Assembly (NCBI RefSeq): GCF_963921235.1
Contig: NC_086108.1
Span: 81,222,001-81,286,000 of the forward strand
Length of the DNA stretch: 64,000 nt
Direction of reading: 5' to 3'
From: Mobula hypostoma
Taxonomy: Eukaryota
Positions 50,165-59,999 of the stretch are shown one piece after another. Each line of letters begins with the position of its first letter. The first letter of the stretch is position 1. Both the position numbers and the translations under genes were made by a program. A model generated the notes under the pieces. The model did not search any database. It was not told the DNA's origin and saw nothing but the letters and a program-made list of their open reading frames with translations.

Positions 50165-50760
50165 ACTGGCTACATCACCATCTGGTGGGGTGGGGGTGGG
50201 GGGAGAGGTGGCTACTGCACAGGATCGAAGTAGGCTGTTGTAAACTTAGTCAGCTCCATTATGAGCACCAATATCTGCAGTATCCAGGACATCTTCAAGG
50301 AGCAATGCCTCTAAAAGGCAGCGTCCACACTAAGGATGATGGCCCATCACCCTGGTCATGCCTTGTTCTCATTGCTACCGTCAGGAAGGAGGTACAGAAA
50401 TGTGAAGGTGCATACTCAATGACTCAGGAACAGCCATCTGACTTCTGAATGATCAATGAACCCATGAACACTACTTTTTTATTTCTATTTTTGCATTACT
50501 TAGTTAATTTAACTATTGTATATATATTTATATTATATTATATAAGCGCAGAGTCAAATATCGCTGTGATGATTGTACGTTCTAGTATCAATTGTTTGGT
50601 GACAATAAAGTATAAAGTATAGAAGTATAAAGTATAAAGTATTTTCTGTAATTCACAGTTTTTTTTTCTTTGTTATGTATTGCATTGTACTGCTGCGGCA
50701 AAGTCAACAAAATTCACACTATATACTGGCGATATTAAACCAAATTCTGGTTCTGATTCT
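50165..50760 (+). mobile_element. Rex1/Babar LINE 3' fragment with a nested LINE 3' tail (~50543-50642, (TAAAGTA)n)
   Basis: Near-collinear with 31780-32279 and ends gatattaaaccaaattctggttctgattct. The insert ends gacaataaagtataaagtatagaagtataaagtataaagta. Confidence 0.8.
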
Positions 50761-51279
50761 GTGATAATGGTGATGAAAGTACCCCCCCCCCCGCGCCTTA
50801 CATTACCTTTTGACACTCTCTGGATACAAACAGCAGAGTGCTTGAGCCAGAAAATCTTCCCTGAGGTATCTTGGAATAAACCAAGAACATGAAAGGTTCA
50901 AGCTGTGATAATGGAAAGAAATGCTTCTGTTCCAGATGTTAAGTGCACGCCACAGATGATTCAATTCTATAGGAGCCAAACTTGTGAGAAAGTGGTGAAC
51001 ACTAGTCTCCTCTGACGTGGGCCTCAGTGAAAGCTTGGACTCGAGTAATAAAGCAGGCTAGAAGTTAGCCTTCCATCTGAACTATAGAATTTCTATCTAT
51101 AACATTTCATGTACTGAGAATGCAAGCAAATAGTAACAGAACATCCAGCAAAAGCAAGCGATACTTGGAGTACGATGTAACAAAATGTAGTTTTAAAAAC
51201 AACTAAGATATCTTCAGTCCCAAACCATCAACATACTTTTCAAAAAGCTGTTCGATTAGTTTCCTAGAGTGTGAAGACA

Positions 51280-51370
51280 CACAAGAGAGACTGCAGATAC
51301 TGGAAATCTGGACCTACACACACGGAAAGCTGGAGGAATTCAGCAGTCCAGATGGTATTGATAGGGGAAA
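51280..51370 (-). mobile_element. Penelope-like terminal repeat fragment
   Basis: acaagagagactgcagatactggaaatctgg..gctggaggaattcagcag. Confidence 0.65.
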
Positions 51371-53087
51371 TGACATTTGTTATTTTATCTGAATGTGGTA
51401 AAGGATGTTGTAATGTAGAATTGTAATTTTATCAGTGGTGCTACGTAACAGAGCTTTGTTTTGCCTTGGGTTGAGGCAGCCTCAATGAATCTTCTCCAAA
51501 TGAGCATGAGAAAATCAGAGAATTATATTCTCCTCCACCATTGCTCCAGAGGTATCCCGACCCTCACATCCTACCAAGGCCTCTGTGCCTTGGCCTTATG
51601 GACAGGTGAGCAGAGCACCATGCTACAAGCATTATGCAGTCCTCTCAGAGTCAGATTTTGGTGAATGTACCAGTTACTGTAAGTCTACTCAATTTGGTTT
51701 TGAGGACAGATCAGGCCAAATTGTATACTGTCATTTATGGATTTTGGCAGATACATAGGTGGGCACAGATGCTATCTTCTCGGAGTCAGGTGAGATTGTG
51801 AATACCTCACTATAAATGCATAAATTATAAATTTGAGTTCCACCAGAACTGAATCAGAAGAGCGGAATTAGGAAAACAAGGAAAGGTTAGACCGGTTCAG
51901 TTGAAAAGCACTGAAGGCTGATTATAATGATTTACACATGTAGCTGAAAATTACAGCATTCTGTGCGTAAGTCACTTCAAGCCATGTCGAGGACCAGGCC
52001 TCTTCAGCATGCAGCTGGCAAACTCCATCTGCCAAATCATTGACCTTGGGGTATTGAGTTGTCAGTAGGTTGGGGCGGGGGGAGTAGAGAGAAGGGATCG
52101 GCAGTAGGGTGGGGGGTTTGAATTGTCCAGCTCCTAAGTGGAGCCAGCTGGAGAGGCTGATACCTGGGTGGGCCTTGCATAAGTTAGTCGCGGGTTGAGG
52201 ATAATGGCACCAAGCACCACTGTTTTCTTTGACAAAGGAACCAGTTAAAATTCTTTTCTGTCTTTATTTTGAAAAAGCTCCATGCAACTTGCAGCTATGA
52301 CCCTCAAGGCCTGCTAATTTGTATTTTACAAGTGCTCTCTGAGCTTGAACCGGACAGGCACTCAAGCCACCCTTCCCAGGACCCGGCCTGAGGTTGCACT
52401 CACTGGAATGGCAGTGTAAACAGGATGGTAGGTGATCTTAAGTCATATTTTAACAGCAGCAACCTTGTTTATTCAGGGCAAAGGAACTTATAAATCTAGC
52501 AACAGGGCAAAAAGATTGCCAACTTTGTGTGTTAACTATGTTTTTTTTGCTTTAGATGGAAACTGGCATGTAGTCAATACATTAAATTTTGCGTGCCTGT
52601 TGACTATTGCAAGCTCTCCAGATTCAGCACAATGGCAGTTGCTTTAATACTAGTCACGTGACATGCATCTTGAAAACACTTAAACTTGTCACATATGTAT
52701 TTAATGATTACTGTCACCTTCCAGAGTAAATCACGCCATGTGCAGGCCTCTGTAGAATGGTTCCCAGCGTGAAATTGATGGCTAAAAGTGCTGAACTTGC
52801 CAGATGCTTCTCAATTCACTTCCATTCCCTTGCCTGTGGCTCTGGGCAACTAACGGAAAAGCCATTGCATGCATGTATGTTCCCTAGGGTCGGATGGGAC
52901 AGGCTTTTCCTGGCATATAAACAAGACCATCTGGATCTGCTGTACACAGAAGTAAAGACAAGCTGATTCACAAACCCACGCGCAGCAAACCTTTCAGGAA
53001 GCCTCAGCACATCCAATAGGGCACCCAGTAAGAGAAATGGAGTCCAGATATGCTCAGCATAGAGACATGCAGTGAGTCACTTCCAAG

Positions 53088-53480
53088 TGAGCCAATTAAC
53101 TCAGTTGATAGCAGTCTCACTCCTGAGTCAGAAACAGGCAATTCAAGCCACGCTCTGGGTTATTGAGCACAGAAATCTCAGTCAGATGACACTTCACTGC
53201 AGGACAAATGGGGTTAATACTCTCAGAGATACAACTTCTTGAATGAGATGTTTAACAAAGCCACATCTGTCCTGTCAAAGAGGTTATGAAAAGCCCTGGA
53301 GAAATATGTTGAAGAAGAGCAGGCAAGTTATCTCTGGTATTCTGGCCAATATTTTATTTCTCAATCAACATCACATAAATAGATAACCTGGTCATTATCA
53401 TAGTGCTGCAAGTGAGAACTTGCACAGATCCGCTGCCATTATTTCCATGTTACAACAGTGACTGCATTTCAAGGTTCAGT
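53088..53480 (+). mobile_element. Deu-domain SINE (SacSINE1/AmnSINE superfamily), near full length
   Basis: tRNA-like head (actcagttgatagc..ctgagtcagaa..ttcaagcc), then the Deu domain gaagaagagcagg..ctggccaatattt..ctcaatcaacatcac..ctggtcattatca..ttacaacagtgactgcatttcaa. Confidence 0.75.
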
Positions 53481-54864
53481 AAAACAACTGTAAAGGTTTA
53501 AAGAAATATAAACCTTAATAGCATTCAACGCATAAAAATGCACTATAATTTTCAATGAAAGCTTGATACATCATGTTGCCTTACAGTCAAAAAATGACCA
53601 AAATGAATAGGCTTGGAACAACAGTTCTGTTGAAGAATAAAAAGGAACAGCCAACAAATGCTGGAAGTATCGGCAAATACATCAGGATCTTTAAAGACAA
53701 ATAGAATGTTAGTACCTGGGTGTAACCGTTTATGAGAATTGTAAGATGGAGACTATAGGAAATAAATACTAATCTGCCTTTTAATGGCTATATTGTGCTG
53801 CATCTAGCAGATCACTACCATTCTGCTGGCTCTCTCAGGGGCATACTTAGAACACTCCCACAGAGATCTAAACAGCTCGAGCATTGTTTCAGCATATCTG
53901 ATGTTTGCTCAATGATATTTCTGTTTCTATAATGTTTTCCATTGTATGTTTTTTGCTGTGCTACATGGAGATTTCTTAGCAGTTCCATGAACCATGCTTT
54001 GAGAGGTTAACCCTCATTTCTGAGCAGCCAACCATTCAATTTGTCTTTCCTACTGGACCACTTGAGAAGTAGATGATTCCTTTATGTTTCTGGCAGCAAA
54101 GACAGTCTCCAAAAACTACTTAATTATTCACTTAAATAATTATTTGGTAGTGGTTGTCAGCTATTCAGATTTTTATTAACTGATGACGAACTTAAGTTGT
54201 TCCGTGGTTCTGGATTTAGTTAGTGGTATTTTTACCCACAAAGGGTAGAATTAGCTTGACCTGCTGATACTGCATGCCAGAAATAATTTTAACATCATAT
54301 TCCTTTATATTACAGGCATTAAATTCTTTGGTTATTTTTACCAAATGTGTGCTGAACTTGAAAACTCAGTGGTATGAAAATTGAATGTCAATATCATTTT
54401 ACTTGTCTTGAGTTATGAGGTTGTACTTTGGTGTATAATTGCAAGCCCAAACCAGAAGATCACACAATCCACAGAAAGATTCCTCAAAAATGTACTTAAT
54501 GAGGAGAAAGTAGTTTTGTTTCTGGTGCCAAGCAGATTCTTTCTGATGGTTCTGGTCCTTCTTGTAGACTGGGACCTAGTCCTTCAGCTTGTGGGACTCT
54601 TCCATATGTTCAATAATATGAGATTGAAGTGAATTGTTCATACCTGATCTGGTCTGTCTTGTTTGGATAATTCTCCACGCAGCATTAATAATACAATTAT
54701 GGATCATTAATATGAAAGGTGCAGGCAACCAATTATTTAAAAATCATATAGTTCTCTTATTGATGGTTTAATGGTGCTAATGAGTAAAACTTTAATGTCA
54801 GTTATGTCAGTTAACTCCAAAGGTTAATGGTCAGTGACCTGAAACATTAACTCCTTGTCTGTTT

Positions 54865-54934
54865 GCTGTATGTCTGTCTGTCTACCTATCTCTCTCATAT
54901 ATATATATATAGATAGATAGATAGATAGATAGAT
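54865..54934. repeat. Compound microsatellite (TGTC)/(TA)n/(TAGA)n
   Basis: tgtctgtctgtc..atatatatatatatagatagatagatagatagatagat. Confidence 0.9.
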
Positions 54935-55839
54935 GAGAAGTTACTTTATTATGATCAAATTATCACAAATAATTTTAGAAGTTCTTTCCTTTTCTCTTTA
55001 ATATTCAGCAGAGGTTTGCCCAGTGTTGTAGACCAGCCTGCACTCAAACAAATCTGGGAAATTCTATTTTCCACAGTGATAAATTAAATATATTCCTCTT
55101 AGAGGTGTGACTTTGTACACAGTGGCACAAAACAGATACTTATTTCACATCCTGGAGCAGTTTTAAGTGAAGGTTGTTTGAAAACTAAGTGTGTGGAAAT
55201 CTTCATGGGGCCATAAACATCGGGCACACTTAAGACAGCATTGTGGGTATCAGTCTACCCACGGTAAACCGTGTCATAGGGCTGTCCAACTGCTGATGGG
55301 CAACTCGTTCTTTGCACTGGGAGTGCCAGTAGAATTTAAAGTTGCAACCAATGAACTTGGAGTTGTCTCTCTCACCCATGGTAGAAACTGTAGAGCTTTG
55401 ATGGGAATTGACAAATGTAATAAATTTAAGCTGCAACAAATGCAGCCTATTTACATCAGCTGAAAGTTTTGCCCTGTTAATAGAGAACGGTAACTGTTTT
55501 GGCTACTGGATAATGGTTCTTTCACCCACCACATCTAAGAGGTGGGATAGTGAATTTGCAGAGTTTTGTTTGCCTGGCAGATGCACATTGTGCTCTCTGT
55601 ACTTCCTCTTGCAAGTCCTTTACAAGTAACAGAGAATCCTAAGGCTACAGCTCAGTTTGCAGAGCACTTATTCTGTTTATGCCAAGTGGTATTTTTTTTA
55701 ATTTTGTATTTTTTTTAATTTTGTGTATTATGTGAATAGAAGTTGCACTATTTAAAATAAGCAAAGTTAATCATACCCACCGTTCTTATTCTCTCACTCT
55801 ACTAGAGAAAGGAAAGGTTTACTGTCTCAAGTCAAACAT

Positions 55840-56120
55840 CGCCGCATCAGGTTTTAACTCACCAAACATTCTTTGACAGCATCTTCTAAACAGTAACCTG
55901 GACAAATAAGGGGAAGAGGTGCATTGGAACATCACTGTCTCCATGTTCCTTTGCAAGTCGTACACTAGCCGGACTTGGAAGTATATTGGTGTGCTTTCAC
56001 TTAGTTACATCTCAGAATTCCTCACGTAACACTTTAAAAAGTTGCCGATTCAGAGAGGTGTGGTACAGGACCATCACCTCAGCATGGAAAAATTGGGATG
56101 GACAATAAACGGGGGCCATC
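55840..56120 (+). mobile_element. Old CR1-like 3' fragment (second family)
   Basis: aactcacc..tttgacagcatcttctaaac..ggaacatcac..gacttggaagtatatt..gggatggacaataaac. Confidence 0.55.
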
Positions 56121-56238
56121 CGTAAACAATCAAGCCAAAACTGGGTGAAGTTGAAAAAGGCACAGGAATCTGACCATGACTGGAGAATCTTTGATCAAAG
56201 TATGAGCCAGTGTGATTCAGCTCCATAAAAGTTAAATA

Positions 56239-56805
56239 CCAGGGGTGATTGATAAGTTCGTGGCCTAAGGTAGAGGAGCCAATTTTAGAAAACCTAGCAC
56301 ATTTATTTTTCAACATAGTCCCCTCCTCCATTTACACAGTCCAGTGGTCGTGGAGCATATGGATCTTGGACCTGCAGAAAGTGTCCACAGCAGGGTGATC
56401 GATAAGTTCGTGGCCTAAGGTAGAAGGAGATGAGTTATACGCTTTGAGTGATTATGCAGAAAGTTTGAAGTTAATAACTCATCTCCTTCTACCTTAGGCC
56501 ACAAACTTCTCAATCACCTCTGATGAGTTATTAACTGATGAGTTATTAACTTCAAACTTTCTGCATAATCACTCAAACTGCATGTGCATGTAACGAGGCC
56601 TGTATAACTCATCTCCTTCTATCTTAGGCCATGAACTTTTCAATTACCCCTGCTGTGGACACTTTCTGGAGGTCCAAGATCCGTATGCTCCACGACCGCT
56701 GGATTAAGTGTGTAAATGCAGAAGGGGACTATGTTGAAAAATAAATGTGCTAGGTTTTCTGAAGTTGACTCCTTCTACCTCAGGCCACGAATCAATCACC
56801 CTTCC
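56239..56805. mobile_element. Palindromic Tc1/mariner MITE made of two inverted transposase 3' ends
   Basis: Flanked by TA (56237-56238, 56806-56807). TIR ccaggggtgattgataagttcgtggcctaaggtaga. 56655-56744 translates VDTFWRSKIRMLHDRWIKCVNAEGDYVEK*, a mariner C-terminal signature, mirrored on the minus strand in the left arm. Confidence 0.9.
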
Positions 56806-56811
56806 TACTTA

Positions 56812-57054
56812 AGCAACACACACAAAAAGTGCTGGTGAACGCAGCAGGCCAGGCAGCATCTATAGGAAGAGGTACAGTCGACATTTCAAGCCGAGACCCT
56901 TCATGAGTTAGTTCTGACGAAGGGTCTCGGGCCGAAACGTCGACTGTCCCTCTTCCTATAGATGCTGCCTGGCCTGCTGCGTTCACCAGCATTTTTTTGT
57001 GTGTGTTGCTTGAATTTCCAGCATCTGCAGATTTCCTCATGTCTGCGTTTTTAA
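56812..57054. mobile_element. Penelope-like inverted (palindromic) terminal-repeat element
   Basis: About 95-bp inverted arms aagcaacacac..gctggtgaacgcagcaggccaggcagcatctataggaagag..cagtcgac / gtcgactgt..ctcttcctatagatgctgcctggcctgctgcgttcaccagc..gtgtgttgctt. CpGs are mostly retained. Confidence 0.85.
56909..56946 (+). ncRNA. Putative minimal type I hammerhead ribozyme (PLE-type, dimer-dependent)
   Basis: tagtt-CTGACGA(56914-56920)-agggtctcgggcc-GAAA(56934-56937)-C-GTC(56939-56941)-gactg. Both core boxes, a stem II hairpin, a palindromic ACGT stem III and stem I complementarity (with G-U pairs) are present. Confidence 0.65.
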
Positions 57055-57171
57055 ACCCCTCCTATTTAGATTGAAGCCACTGAATATGGACAGGTACCTA
57101 AACATACTCCATATTGTAAAAATAACACATAAGAAATTGGCTATGATTTTAAGGTAATGAAATATTATTTT

Positions 57172-57345
57172 TACTGAAATGAAACAGAAATGCTGGGAAT
57201 ACTTAGCAGGCAACATTTGCAAAGGAGGAGATACAAATAAGGTTATAGATCAATGACTTTTCACTAAAGCACATGCTTCCTGACCTGTGAATATTTCCAG
57301 CATTTTCTGTGTTTATTTCAGATTTCTCACGTCAGCGGTATTTCA
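57172..57345. mobile_element. Old Penelope-like inverted terminal repeat remnant
   Basis: ctgaaatgaaacagaaatgctgggaatacttagcagg versus cctgacctgtgaatatttccagcattttctgtgtttatttcag (inverted arms). Confidence 0.65.
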
Positions 57346-58266
57346 TCATTCATTTTCAAGCCTTTAAAAACTGAGCTCATTGTTTACGGTGAGCTCCATT
57401 CTGTGCACGACCAACATTGTACTGGGGACTTGCTGGAGGACACTGAATTATATGTTTTATTTACAGACGACTATTTTGGGAAGGAGCATTGACCCGCTTG
57501 TTGGCTAATCACTTTGGGCAGACCTCATGGACGGGAATGACAAGGCGTTGGTTTCTGAGCTTCCAGACCAGTGCTACCCAATTCACATTGTAAATTGGGG
57601 TTGCAGACAGTTGAAAATTTAAGCATTATAATTAGACGGTCTTCATATTGGACTTTTTAAATAATATCATTACTGTTTTGATAAACAGCCAGTTGAACGC
57701 TTTCTCCTCAACCATTCATTTAGACGTTCCCTCAAACAAAGTTAAAATAGAAACACATGATAACTGAAACCAATTTTCTTCTTCCTCTAAGCACAGAGTA
57801 CAATGTGTCTCTTACTGCTAATCTAATTGGGGATAAGTTGAAGTTATCATTCACAACATTTTTTTTAATGATCTCAGCTACCTTAATAGATATATTTATG
57901 TTGTTATTGAATTTAATTTGGACTGTTCATGGCTTGAAATTATACAAGCTTCCTGGTTTCCTTTGAATGGATGAAAGTGCAATTTAAAGGATTATCAATA
58001 TTACCAATGTAAAGTCTCCATTTATCTTGAAGGGCACGTGGCAAAGCATTGGTTACAGTTCAGTATTTCTCTTCATTAAGCAAGGACTGAATTAGGGAGT
58101 TATATCTTTTGCTTACACAACTCCAGGTCTAAGTCATACATTATAGTCAGCATTCATACGCCATTTACTAACTAATTTTTCTGATTATTCAGAAAGTCAG
58201 AATTAAAGCCCCAGACAATTCTGTGTTTTAGTTGTACTGACTTTTCACTTATCCAGCAGGATGCTT

Positions 58267-59645
58267 CAGTGGGTCTCACTTTAGTGGTTGGTAAGTTGAT
58301 GGAGAAGATCCTGAGAGGCAGGATTTATGAACACTTGGAGAGGTATAATATGATTAGGAATAGTAAGCAGGGCTTTGTCAAGGGCAGGTCGTGCCTTCCG
58401 AGCCTGATTGAGTTTTTTGAGGATGCGAATATACACATTAATGAAGGAAGAGCAGTAGATGTAGTGTATATGGATTTCAGCAAGGTACTTGATAAGGTAC
58501 CCCATACAAGGCTTACTGAGTAAGTAAGGAGGCATGGGATCCAAGGGGACATTGCTTTGTGGATCTAGAGCTGGCTTGCTCACAGAAGGCAAAGAGTGGT
58601 TGTAGATGGGTCATATTCTACATTAAGGTCGGTGACCAGTGGTGTGCCTCAGGGATCTGTTCTGGGACCCCCTTCTCTTCGTGATTTTTATGAATGACCT
58701 GGATGAGGAAGTGGAGGGGTGGGTTAGTAAGTTTGCTGATGACACAAAGGTTGGAGGTGTTGTGGATAGCGTGGAGGGCTGTCAGAGGTTACAGCGGGAC
58801 ATTGATAGGATGCAAAACTGGGCTGAGAAGTGGCAGATGGAGTTCAACCCAGATAAGTGTGAGGTGGTTCATTTTGGTAGGTCAAATATGATGGCAGAAT
58901 ATAATACTAATGGTAAGACTCTTGGCAGTGTGGAGGATCAGAGGGATCTTGGGGTCTGAGTCCATAGGACGCTCGAAGCAGCTGCGCAGGTTGACTCTGT
59001 GGTTAAGAAGGCATTCAGTGTATTGGCTTTCATTAATCGTGGAATTGAATTTAGGAGCCAAGAGGTAACGTTGCAGCTATATAGGACTCTGGTCAGACCC
59101 CACTTGGAGTACTGTGCTCAGTTCTGGTTGCCTCACTACAGGAAGGATGTGGAAGCTATAGAAAGGGTGCAGAGGAGATTTACAAGGATGTTGCCTGGAT
59201 TGGGGAGCATGCCTTATGGAGACAGGTTGAGTGAACTTGGCCTTTTCTCCTTGGAGTGACAGAGGATGAGAGGTGACCGGATAGAGGTGTATAAGATGAT
59301 GAGAGGCAGCATTGATCATGTGGATAGTCAGAGGCTTTTTCCCAGGGCTGAAATGGTTGCCGCAAGAAGACACAGGTTTCAGGTGCTAGGGAGTAAGTAC
59401 AGAGAAGATGTCAGGGTTAAGTTTTTTACTCAGAGAGTGGTGAGTGTGTGGAATGGGCTGCCGGCAACAGTGGTGGAGGCGGATACAATAGGGTCTTTTA
59501 AGAGACTTTTGGATAGGTACATAGAGCTTAGAAAAATAGAGGGCTATGGGTAAGCCTAGTAATTTCTAAAGGTAGGGACATGTTCGGTACAACTTTGTGG
59601 GCCAAAGGGCCTGTATTGTGCTGTAGGTTTTCTATGTTTCTATGA
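58267..59645 (+). mobile_element. 5'-truncated CR1 LINE with disrupted ORF2 reverse transcriptase
   Basis: RT motifs QGFVKGRSC, VDVVYMDFSKVLDKVPH, GVPQGSVLG, SKFADDTK, WQMEFNPDKC, LYRTLVRPHLEYC and FFTQRVVSVWNGLP. Broken by stops (58521, 58957, 59257) and frameshifts. Ends in a ttctatgtttctatg tail. Confidence 0.95.
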
Positions 59646-59739
59646 TACAGATTTCTAAATGAAAAAATTTCAAACCCATATGGAAAACATCCTGTTAATT
59701 CACCAAGATCAATGAAATGAATCCTATTGTGGTAATTCC

Positions 59740-59999
59740 ACAACATATAGACTCACATTCGAGGACTCTACAACTCATGTTCTCAGTATTGTTTATTATT
59801 TCTTTGTGTGTTTGTTTATTTATTTATTGCATTTGCATGGTTCTCCCTCTTTTGCACGTTCACTGTTTGTTAGTCTTTGTTCATGTGTAGTTTTTCATTG
59901 ATTCTGTTGTATTTCTTTGTTCCAATGTGAATGCTTACAATAAAATGAATCTCATGGTGGCATATACATACTTTGATAACAAATTTACTTTGAACTTTC
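59740..59999 (+). mobile_element. Rex1/Babar LINE 3' UTR
   Basis: gactcacattcgaggactctacaactcatgttctcagtatt ... aaatttactttgaacttt. Matches 48420-48705. Confidence 0.8.

Noticed and set aside
53088..53160. tRNA gene
   Set aside because: Degenerate A/B-box-like head that does not form a cloverleaf and continues directly into a SINE body.
57380..57602. Small hairpins (gagctca/tgagctc; cccaatt/aattggg) as possible miRNA precursors
   Set aside because: Stems are only about 7-10 bp, too short for a pre-miRNA, and I recognise no mature sequence.
58269..59553. Functional reverse transcriptase gene (retron/DGR-like or domesticated)
   Set aside because: Ordinary CR1 ORF2: 5'-truncated, with several stops and frameshifts, ending in a CR1 3' UTR and tail.
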